This document shows positions 1-7,668 of a DNA stretch of 64,000 nucleotides, piece by piece. Position numbers and translations under genes: made by a program. Origin of the DNA: an uncultured Pseudomonadota bacterium (GTDB taxonomy: Bacteria > Myxococcota_A > Polyangia > Fen-1088). Numbering within the stretch: the first letter of the stretch is position 1; each line of letters begins with the position of its first letter. The stretch covers positions 384,001 through 448,000 of the forward strand of contig CAWKBC010000030.1 of NCBI GenBank assembly GCA_963847705.1, given 5' to 3'. Below the pieces are notes generated by a model. The model was not told the origin of the DNA. It made no database searches and was given only the letters and a program-made list of their open reading frames with translations.

Positions 1-64
1 GGGGATTGAACCCGCAACCCTCGGTGCCACAGACCGATGCTCTACCAATTGAGCTACACCCACC
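1..64 (-). tRNA. tRNA-His(GTG), 3' end cut off by the window edge
   Basis: Reverse complement reads G-GTGGGTG-TA-GCTC-AATTGGTA-GAGC-A-TCGGT-CT-GTG-GC-ACCGA-GGGTT-GCGGG-TTCAATC-CCC; cloverleaf arms, GTG anticodon and the extra G(-1) typical of tRNA-His. Confidence 0.93.
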
Positions 65-120
65 AGGTGTCGATATTCAGTTTTCATTCAACACTGCGTC
101 GCCGCGGTGTTTTGCGGCGG

Positions 121-194
121 CGCGCCCGGCAGGAGTCGAACCTGCGACCCTCGGCTTAGAAGGCCGATGCTCTATCCAGTTGAGCTACGGGCGC
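121..194 (-). tRNA. tRNA-Arg(TCT)
   Basis: Reverse complement GCGCCCG-TAGCTCAACTGGATAGAGCA-TCGGC-CT-TCT-AA-GCCGA-GGGTC-GCAGG-TTCGACT-CCTGC-CGGGCGC-G; followed by CCG, so CCA is not encoded. Confidence 0.95.
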
Positions 195-255
195 ATGCTT
201 ATGCCTGGGGAGTTTACCCGTCAAGCCAGATTCCTTCGACGGCCTATTCGATTTC

Positions 256-1443
256 CTATTCGACCTCTTGCAGCTCGCGCGCCGAAAGGCCCAAAAGATA
301 GAGGATGGCGTCGAGGCCGGCGCCCGAAATACTGGTGTCGGCCCGCTCGCGCAGCTTGGCCTTGGCGTGGAAGGCGATCCCCAGTCCGGCGCGCTCCAGC
401 ATGAGCGCGTCGTTGGCGCCGTCGCCGACGGCGATCACCTGGTCGAGGAGCACCCCCTCGGCCTGGGCGATGGTCTCCAGGAGCTCGGCCTTGCGCTGGG
501 CGTTGACGATCGGTCCCATCACCCGGCCGGTCAGCTTGCCCCCCACGACCTCCAGGTTGTTCGAGTAGGCGTAGTCGAGCTCGAGCCGGCGCTTGAGGGC
601 GTCGGCGGCGCGCGAGAAGCCGCCGCTGATGACGGCGATCTTGTAGCCGAGGCGCTTGAGGACGCGGACCATCCGCTCGGCGCCCTCGGTGAGCGGGAGA
701 TCGGAGGCGATCTGATCGAGCACCTTCACGTCCAGCCCGGCCAGCAGTGAGACGCGCTGGCGCAGCGACTCGTCGTAGTCCATCTCCCCCGCCATGGCGC
801 GCTCGGTGATGCGCGAGACCTCGGGGCCGACGCCGGCGGCGCGCGCCAGCTCGTCGATCACCTCGATCCGGATCAGCGTCGAGTCCATGTCGAGGACGAC
901 GAGGCGCTTCGAGCGCCGGAAGAGGCTCTCCGGCTGCAGCGAGACGTCGAAGCCGGTGGTGGTCGCCACCTGGAGCAGCGCCCGCTTCAGCGGCTCGCTG
1001 TCCTTGTCGGGCGGCAAGAGCGCGTGGATCTCCACCGAGGCCAGCGTGTTTTCCGACAGGCGCCCGATCTTCTCGATGTTGGCCCCCTCGGCGGCGAGCG
1101 TGGTGGCGATGGCGTGCAGGTGCGATGCCCCCAGCGTCGGTCCGATCGCGGTGATGACGTAGCGCCGCCCCTCGGGCGGAGGCTCGGGCGCCGCCTGGTC
1201 GGCGGGGACCGGCTTGAAGTCGAGCTCCATCTCCAGCTGCTTGGCCGCGAAGAGCAGCTCCTTCAGCACGTCGCGCGTCTCGGGGACGCCGATCAGCAGA
1301 CAGAGGGTGAGCTGACCCTGAACCACGACCTGCTCGATGTCGTGCAAGGTTGCGCCTTGCTGCGACAGGATGCCGGTCAGGGTGGCGGTGACGCCGGTGC
1401 GATCGGGGCCGGTGACGGTGACGAGGACGCGGTCGGATGCCAA
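256..1443 (-). CDS. serB: Phosphoserine phosphatase SerB (two ACT domains + HAD domain)
   Basis: VLVTVTGPDRTGV ACT start; HAD motifs DMDSTLI, ISGGF, K, GDGAND; start moved to TTG at 1443 (MASDRVLV), 9 nt after TATGCT. Confidence 0.92.
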   Translation of the reverse strand: MASDRVLVTVTGPDRTGVTATLTGILSQQGATLHDIEQVVVQGQLTLCLLIGVPETRDVLKELLFAAKQLEMELDFKPVPADQAAPEPPPEGRRYVITAIGPTLGASHLHAIATTLAAEGANIEKIGRLSENTLASVEIHALLPPDKDSEPLKRALLQVATTTGFDVSLQPESLFRRSKRLVVLDMDSTLIRIEVIDELARAAGVGPEVSRITERAMAGEMDYDESLRQRVSLLAGLDVKVLDQIASDLPLTEGAERMVRVLKRLGYKIAVISGGFSRAADALKRRLELDYAYSNNLEVVGGKLTGRVMGPIVNAQRKAELLETIAQAEGVLLDQVIAVGDGANDALMLERAGLGIAFHAKAKLRERADTSISGAGLDAILYLLGLSARELQEVE

Positions 1444-1477
1444 AGCGGCGGCAGCATAGCAGGATATACTTCCGCGC

Positions 1478-1900
1478 ATGGCCCCTCCGGACGACAGCGA
1501 AAAAGTGGAGAAGACCGACGCCGAGTGGCGCGCAGCGCTGAGCCGCGACGAGTACGAGGTGCTGCGGCGCAAGGGGACCGAGCGGGCCTTCTCGGGGGCC
1601 TACTGGAACGCCCACGGCGACGCCGCGTATCTGTGCGCCGGGTGCGGCGCCCAGCTTTTTTCGTCGGAGGCCAAGTTCGACTCGGGGACCGGCTGGCCCA
1701 GCTTCACCGCGCCGGCCGACCCCGGGGCCGTCGCCACCGAGACCGACAGCTCGCACGGGATGCTGCGCACCGAGGTCACCTGCAGCCGTTGCGGCGGCCA
1801 CCTGGGCCACCTCTTCAACGACGGGCCCGCCCCGACCGGCCAGCGCTACTGCATCAACTCGATCTCGCTCAAGGCCAAGCCGAGCAAGACCGAGAAGTAG
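1478..1900 (+). CDS. msrB: Peptide-methionine (R)-S-oxide reductase MsrB
   Basis: GTERAF, CxxC, KFDSGTGWPSF, RTEVTCSRCGGHLGHLFNDGP, RYCINS motifs. Confidence 0.96.
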   Translation: MAPPDDSEKVEKTDAEWRAALSRDEYEVLRRKGTERAFSGAYWNAHGDAAYLCAGCGAQLFSSEAKFDSGTGWPSFTAPADPGAVATETDSSHGMLRTEVTCSRCGGHLGHLFNDGPAPTGQRYCINSISLKAKPSKTEK

Positions 1901-1925
1901 CCGGCCGAGCGGGGGCGCCTAGGAA

Positions 1926-2006
1926 GGGCGTCGCCGAAAGGCGACGGTGAGCGAAGCGGACGATGGACACTGGCCCGACGACGTGCCGCCCGGTAGGCGG
2001 CCTCAG
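1926..2006. repeat. Structured intergenic repeat, family B copy 1
   Basis: GTCGCC-GAAA-GGCGAC-GGTGAGCGAAGCGGACGATG...CGACGTGCCGCCCGGTAGGCGGCC; similar sequence at 52583-52651. Confidence 0.65.
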
Positions 2007-2011
2007 GCGGC

Positions 2012-2182
2012 CTAAGCCCCGGCGGCGGCCGCGGTGCCCACGTAGAGCGTGGGGTCGGCGACGAACTGCTCGTGGCAGGCCTCCGAGCAGAAGAAATAGA
2101 CCGTCCCGTGGTAGTCGACCGCCGCCGCAGCGTCGGCGCGCTTCAGCTCCCGGCCGCAGACCGGGTCGATTGCGGAAGCCAT
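2012..2182 (-). CDS. YHS domain protein (small metal-binding)
   Basis: MASAIDPVCG...YHGTVYFFCSEACHEQFVADPTLY; GGAGG SD upstream of ATG at 2182. Confidence 0.88.
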   Translation of the reverse strand: MASAIDPVCGRELKRADAAAAVDYHGTVYFFCSEACHEQFVADPTLYVGTAAAAGA

Positions 2183-2319
2183 CTCGATCTCCTCCCGGTC
2201 ACCGAAGGCGATCCGGCCATTGTCCAACGAGTCCGTCACGCGGGTCATGGGCGCCAAACTGATCACCCGACGGACAAAGTCCACTGGTGGTGGGCCATGG
2301 TCCGGCTATATTCCCACGC

Positions 2320-2712
2320 ATGAGCCACGAGGGTTACCACGAGTCGGCCGACCTCTTGCCCGAGGCGACCAAGGACTTTCACCGCGCCATTGAATCTCTG
2401 ATCGAGGAGCTCGAGGCGGTCGACTGGTATCAGCAGCGCGCCGACGCCACCAAGGAAGAGACCTTGCGGGCGGTGCTGCTCCACAACCGCAACGAAGAGG
2501 TCGAGCACGCCATGATGACGCTGGAATGGTTGCGCCGCCGCGACGCCAAGATCGACGAGACCGCCCGGATGTTCCTGTTCGCCGAGGGGGAGATCACCGA
2601 GATCGAGGCGGCCAAGAAGGCGGCCCTGGCTGGTTCGGGTGGAGGCTCGCCCGCGCCGTCGGCCCCGTCGTCCTCGCCGTCGCTCGGTATCGGAAGCCTG
2701 AGGAGCCGATAA
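2320..2712 (+). CDS. Encapsulin-associated ferritin-like protein (Flp/EncFtn) with C-terminal targeting peptide
   Basis: HRAIESLIEELEAVDWYQQR and NEEVEHAMMTLEWLRR ferroxidase motifs; flexible linker then SLGIGSLR cargo-loading peptide. Confidence 0.93.
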   Translation: MSHEGYHESADLLPEATKDFHRAIESLIEELEAVDWYQQRADATKEETLRAVLLHNRNEEVEHAMMTLEWLRRRDAKIDETARMFLFAEGEITEIEAAKKAALAGSGGGSPAPSAPSSSPSLGIGSLRSR

Positions 2713-3521
2713 TGGCCGCCGATCTGCTGAAGCGAAATCACGCCCCGGTCACGGCGGACGCGCTCGGCGCCATCGATGCCGAGGCCGCCCGCGTGTTGAA
2801 GCTGAACCTGGCGGGGCGCCGTCTGGTCGACTTCAAGGGCCCGTTCGGCTGGCACGACGCCGCCGTCAACACCGGGCGCCTCGCGCCCATTGGCGGCGGG
2901 AAGACGCCGGCCGTCGAGCTGATGCTGCGGCAGGTCCAGCCGCTGATCGAATTGCGCGTTCCGATGCAGCTCTCGCTGGCCGAGCTGGACGCCATCCCGC
3001 GTGGCGCTGCCGACCCCGACCTGAATCCCGTCGTCGAAGCCGCGGAGCGGGCCGCTCACGCCGAGGACTCCGCGATCTTCAACGGCCTGGAGTCGGCGGG
3101 CATCAAGGGGATCATCCCCTCGAGCCCGCACAAGCCGCACCAGATGCCGGCCGACGTGCGCCAGCTCCCGGCCGCCATCCTGGCGGCGCGGGAGACGCTG
3201 CGCGAGGCGGGGATCAGCGGTCCCTACGCGCTGGCGCTCTCCACGCCGATCTACGCGCAGGTGCTGGCCGCGGCGGAGGACGGCTACCCGCTGGCCAAGC
3301 GGCTCACCCAGCAGGTGCTGGACGGACCGCTGGTGCGCGCGCCGGCCATCGATGGCGGCGTCTTGCTGTCACTTCGCGGCGGTGACTACGAGCTGCACGT
3401 CGGACAGGATCTCTCGGTCGGCTACGCCGGTCACGATCAGAAGACGGTGGAGTTCTTCATCACCGAGTCGTTCACGTTCCGGACGCTGGAGCCGGCAGCG
3501 GCGGTGGCGCTTCTCCGCTGA
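2712..3521 (+). CDS. Family 1 encapsulin shell protein (Linocin M18-like)
   Basis: DLLKRNHAP...AGRRLVDFKGPFGW, AEDSAIFNG, ELHVGQDLSVGY, ESFTFRTLEP; TAATG overlap with the cargo gene. Confidence 0.94.
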   Translation: MAADLLKRNHAPVTADALGAIDAEAARVLKLNLAGRRLVDFKGPFGWHDAAVNTGRLAPIGGGKTPAVELMLRQVQPLIELRVPMQLSLAELDAIPRGAADPDLNPVVEAAERAAHAEDSAIFNGLESAGIKGIIPSSPHKPHQMPADVRQLPAAILAARETLREAGISGPYALALSTPIYAQVLAAAEDGYPLAKRLTQQVLDGPLVRAPAIDGGVLLSLRGGDYELHVGQDLSVGYAGHDQKTVEFFITESFTFRTLEPAAAVALLR

Positions 3522-3927
3522 GCAGCGCACGCAGCACCTTCGGAAGCCGCGCGGCCTTCCCGCGCGCGTCGATGCAGGCGTGCACCGTGTGGCCCGAGGC
3601 CAGCTCTTCTCCGTCGGGCAGGCGGCGGATCTCGTAGACGAAGCGCGCCGTCGCGCCGGTCACCACCGGCACGGCGGCGAAGATCCCCAGCTCGTCGTCG
3701 TAGCGCGCCGGCCGCCGGTAATGAACCGTCGCCTCGATGACCGGGAGGCGCAACCCGTGCGTCTCCTCGAAGGCGCGGTAAGGGGCGCCGGCGCGGCGCA
3801 GGAGCTCGTTGCGCGCGATCTCGAAGTAACGCAGGTAGTTGCCGTAATAGACCATCCCCATCTGATCGGTGTCGCCGTAGATCACGCGCACGCGCGCCAC
3901 CTCGGAGAGCTCGGCCGTACTCGACAT
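3472..3927 (-). CDS. Acyl-CoA thioesterase (4HBT/YbgC-like)
   Basis: RVIYGDTDQMGMVYYGNYLRYFEIAR and YRRPARYDD hotdog-fold motifs; 3' end overlaps the encapsulin by 50 bp. Confidence 0.9.
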   Translation of the reverse strand: MSSTAELSEVARVRVIYGDTDQMGMVYYGNYLRYFEIARNELLRRAGAPYRAFEETHGLRLPVIEATVHYRRPARYDDELGIFAAVPVVTGATARFVYEIRRLPDGEELASGHTVHACIDARGKAARLPKVLRALLSGEAPPPLPAPASGT

Positions 3928-4030
3928 CGCCCCAGCTTAGACCAAGTTGGACCGTCAGCCCGACCGTGGCGCCATTGTTGGATTTGGCTTTTTTTCCCCT
4001 CCGTTCTGGGCCTCCGTTTAGGATGCGCGC

Positions 4031-5386
4031 ATGCCCCCCTCGATCCCTCTGACCGGCGACGCCGCGGCGACGGTCGAACTGGAAGCCGCCCCGCCGACCT
4101 ACAAGAACCCGTTCCTCTGGGTTCCCTCGAGCTACCTGACGATGGGGCTCATCTACGTCGCGGTCGGCACCGTCGCCAACATCATGTTCCGCAACATGGG
4201 GATGGAGAACGACAAGGCGGCGTTCTGGTCGTCGATCCTCGGCTTCCCCTACACGTTCAAGTTTCTCTGGGCGCCGGCGCTGGAGCTCTACAAGACGAAG
4301 AAGTTCTTCGTCGTCCTCATGCAGTTCGCCATCTCGGCGGCGTTGGTCGGGATTGCGCTCGGTCTTCGCCTGCCGGGCACGAGCTGGGTCGGCCCGGTGC
4401 TGACGCTGGTGGCGATCACCGCGGTCCTCGGCGCCACGCAGGACATCGGCACCGACGGTGTCTACGTGACCACGCTGTCGCCCAAGGAGCAGGCCAAGTA
4501 CCTGGGCTTCCAGAGCATGTGCTGGAACGGGGGCGCGCTGCTCGCCAAGGGGCCGTTCGTGCGCATCAGCGGCGTGCTGCACGAGAGCACGCAGAGCTGG
4601 GCCAACGCCTGGATGATCATCATGCTGGCCATGGGTGGGCTGGTCTTCCTGGCCGGCTTCTGGCACAGCCGGATCCTGCCGCCGGGCGCGAAGGCGAAAG
4701 AAGCGCCCAAGAGCTTCGGCGACGCGATGCGGACCTTCGGGGACGCGCTCTCCACGTTCCGCCTCAAGAAGGACATCGGCCGCCTGGTCGCCTTCGCGTT
4801 CTTCTACCGGTTCGCCTACGGGCTGCTCGACAAGATGGGCCCGCTGTTCCTGATCGACAGCCGCGCCAACCACGGCCTGGGCCTCTCGAACCAGGCGATC
4901 GGCGACGTCTACGGCACGTTCGGCACGGGCGCCTTCATCATCGGATCGCTGGTGGGCGGCTGGATCGTGTCGCGCGCCGGGCTCAAGAAGACGCTGCTGC
5001 TGCTCTGTTTCTGCATCAACGTCCCCAACGTGACGTTCCTCTTCCTCAGCCAGACGATGCCGACCAGCATGGCCCTCATCACCGTCGTCGTGACCGTCGA
5101 GCAGCTCGGCTGGGGGATCGGCGCGGTCGGTCACATGATCTACATGATGCAGCAGATCGCGCCGGGTCCTTACAAGACCGCGCACTACACCTTCGCCACG
5201 GCGCTCATGGGGGCCTGCATGATGTCGACGGGCGCGGTCAGCGGCTACGTCCAGAAGGCGGTCGGCTACCAGTGGTTCTTCATCATCGTGCTGCTGGCGG
5301 CCGCCCCGTCGCTTCTGGCCACGATCCTGGCGCCGTTCCACAATCCCGACGTCACCAAGCAGAAGACCGCCCAAGCGACCGCCTGA
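4031..5386 (+). CDS. AmpG-like MFS permease (possible muropeptide uptake)
   Basis: About 12 hydrophobic segments; PYTFKFLWAP and GATQDIGTDGVY signatures of the AmpG/PAT family. Confidence 0.8.
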   Translation: MPPSIPLTGDAAATVELEAAPPTYKNPFLWVPSSYLTMGLIYVAVGTVANIMFRNMGMENDKAAFWSSILGFPYTFKFLWAPALELYKTKKFFVVLMQFAISAALVGIALGLRLPGTSWVGPVLTLVAITAVLGATQDIGTDGVYVTTLSPKEQAKYLGFQSMCWNGGALLAKGPFVRISGVLHESTQSWANAWMIIMLAMGGLVFLAGFWHSRILPPGAKAKEAPKSFGDAMRTFGDALSTFRLKKDIGRLVAFAFFYRFAYGLLDKMGPLFLIDSRANHGLGLSNQAIGDVYGTFGTGAFIIGSLVGGWIVSRAGLKKTLLLLCFCINVPNVTFLFLSQTMPTSMALITVVVTVEQLGWGIGAVGHMIYMMQQIAPGPYKTAHYTFATALMGACMMSTGAVSGYVQKAVGYQWFFIIVLLAAAPSLLATILAPFHNPDVTKQKTAQATA

Positions 5387-5425
5387 GTCGCCATCGTCCA
5401 CCTCGGTCGCCGGCCAGGCCGGAGA

Positions 5426-6241
5426 TCAGGCGCGGAACGTTCCGGTGATGACCAGGCGGCAGGTGCCGCCGAGGCGGACGCGCTCGCCGTCGAGCGCGCA
5501 GGAGAGCTCCCCCGCCCGGCGGCTCACCTGGCGCGCGCGCAGGCGCTGCTTGCCGAGGCGCGCGGCCCAGTAGGGGGCGAGCGTGCAGTGCGCGGAGCCG
5601 GTCACCGGATCCTCGGGGATGCCGTGCGCCGGCGCGAAGAACCGCGAGACGAAGTCGACGGCAGGCGCTTCGTCTGCGCCGGTCGCGGTGACGCAGACGC
5701 CGGTCCCCAAGGCGGCCACCGCGGCGAAATCCGGTGTCACGGCGCGCACCGCCGCCGCGCTCTCCAGCTCCGCAAAGTAGGCCGATTTGCCGAGGACCAC
5801 CTGGCGCGGCTCGACGCCGATCGCCCGCGCGACGCGGCTCTTGATCTCGACGCCGACCGGCTGCGGCGCCGAGAGGGGGAGATCCAGAACCATCTCGCCC
5901 CTCTCGCCGCGCTCGACGGACAAGAGGCCGCTGCGGGTCCGGAAGGTCACCTTGGCGCGGGCCGGAGCGATCTCGGTGAGAAGCACGAACCCGGAGGCGA
6001 GCGTGGCGTGCCCGCAGAGCTCGACCTCCACCGTCGGCGTGAACCAGCGAAGGCCGAGGACCTCTTCGCCGCTGCCGCGCCCGACGTCGATGAAGGCGGT
6101 CTCGGAGAGGTTGTTCTCCGCGGCGATCGCCTGCATGACGGCGTCGGGGAGGGGCGCCTCCACCAGGCAGACCGCGGCGGGGTTTCCGGCGAAGGGCCGG
6201 TCGGCAAAAGCGTCGACTTGATAGAGGGGGAGGTTCGGCAC
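5426..6241 (-). CDS. PhzF-family isomerase
   Basis: QVDAFADRPFAGNPAAV, NLSETAF, LRWFTPTVEVELCGHATLA, EDPVTGSAH. Confidence 0.92.
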   Translation of the reverse strand: MPNLPLYQVDAFADRPFAGNPAAVCLVEAPLPDAVMQAIAAENNLSETAFIDVGRGSGEEVLGLRWFTPTVEVELCGHATLASGFVLLTEIAPARAKVTFRTRSGLLSVERGERGEMVLDLPLSAPQPVGVEIKSRVARAIGVEPRQVVLGKSAYFAELESAAAVRAVTPDFAAVAALGTGVCVTATGADEAPAVDFVSRFFAPAHGIPEDPVTGSAHCTLAPYWAARLGKQRLRARQVSRRAGELSCALDGERVRLGGTCRLVITGTFRA

Positions 6242-6296
6242 GCCTCGAGGATATCTCAGCCGGCTCGGTCGAGCCGGCTCGCGAACTTCGCGTCAG

Positions 6297-7305
6297 CTAC
6301 CAGAGATCGAGATCGCGAAACCCCGTGCCGAGCCCGCCGGTCGTGCCGGGCGGGGGGATGGTCGGCGGTGCCGGCGGGGCCATGGCGCCGGGGCCCGCGC
6401 TGCCGCCAGTGCCCGCGCTGCCGCCAGTGCCCGCGCTGCCGCCGGTGCCCGGCGTGCTGCCGCTGGTGCCGCCCGTCGCCGAGGTGGTGCCGCTCTGGCG
6501 CCACACGGTGACCGGGTTGTTCCAGCCGGCGCAGGCCTTGAAGCCATCGGCCGAGTACGGGTTGTCGGCCTTTGTGCAATTGCTGGCGGCGCTGCAGAGG
6601 GCGTACTGGCTGCCGAACGCGTTGACGTAGGGCGGGCTCGTCTGCGCCGAGCCGAGGCGTCCCGTCGGCGGGTTGGTCTTCACCTGCGGCCCCGCGCAGT
6701 AGTACATCGGGTAGGTGCCCTGGGCGGCGCCGTGGGCGCCGGTCGTGAAGATGTTGCCGAAGAACGTCGCCTCCTCGTTCGGGTAGGAGGGATCGAGACC
6801 CCAGCCGACGGCGGTGTTCGGAGACACCAGCCAGAGCGGGATGTGGACGCCGGAGGTGTTGACGTGGGCCAGCATGCAGGCCGAGACATTCTCCTGGCAG
6901 GTCGCGTCACAAGAGCCGTTCTCCCACTGCGGGGCCATCCCGAGGAGGCCGGTGAACGTGTAGCTGGTCCCGGTCGCATCCGTCTTCACGATCGACGCGC
7001 CCTCCGGAAGCGCGCAGCGGACGAGATAGGCGATTCTGAGTGCGACCGGCGGCGGTCGTCATCAGGCCGTTGACGGTGCTGAGGCCGTTGACGGTGCTGA
7101 GGCCGTTGACGGTGCTGAGGCCGTTGACGGTGCTGAGGCCGTTGACGGTGCTGAGGCCGTTCGTCGACGCCAGGTCGGCGGTGACCGTGGTCGTCCCCAC
7201 ATCGTCCTCACCCGGCTCGCCGCACCCCACCAGGGGGATGACCAGGGCGGCCCCGAAATAAAGCGGGAGCCACTTCCATTCTGAACACCGCGTCTCAGCT
7301 CGCAT
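6297..7305 (-). CDS. Lipoprotein with STVNGL repeats and a Cys-containing domain; +1 frameshift at 7034-7035 (probably a sequencing error)
   Basis: Lipobox LVGC, (STVNGL)x5, then MTTAAGRTQ continues as IAYLVRCALPEGASIVKTDATG if one base is removed from CAGAATCG; joins ORFs 6907-7305 and 6297-6989. Confidence 0.75.
7063..7161. repeat. 18-bp tandem repeat, about 5.5 copies (encodes STVNGL)
   Basis: GAGGCCGTTGACGGTGCT repeated with DNA-level identity and no spacers. Confidence 0.95.
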
Positions 7306-7668
7306 CGCTTAGACACGACTGCAATAGGTATGCTAGTTCACCAAATTAATCCGTCTTAAGGATTTCGGTCAGTTGCCTGGAAGGCCAAGAAAGGCTCACG
7401 TGTAGGGCTGTTGACGTCGGGGCGTCAGTCTCGTTGTACGGGCCGCAACAAGCTGCGGGGTCTGGGCCCCGGAATGTCGGCGAAACCGCCCGTTCGTCCG
7501 GTGGAAAACTGGTTGGGGTTTTGATGGCGCCTGTGTACGATAGCCACCGCATTTCGGCCCCGCGCTCGACACGATGTCTGCGGCCAGTTGGAGCGCAGCG
7601 ACGTCAAGGTCGCGGTCGTCCCCAGCGCGTGTTCGGCGCTCCGAATCCCCCCATAAGGAGTCTTGAAG

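Noticed and set aside
5426-6241. Phenazine biosynthesis cluster
   Set aside because: Lone PhzF-like gene without phzA/B/D/E/G
7063-7161. 18-bp repeats as a CRISPR array
   Set aside because: Contiguous units with no spacers, in-frame coding, and no cas genes in the window
7320-7660. Possible c-di-GMP or other riboswitch in the divergent spacer before GH8
   Set aside because: Required conserved elements (GGCAAAC...GAAA...GACGCAAA) not found; only a 9-bp distant inverted repeat
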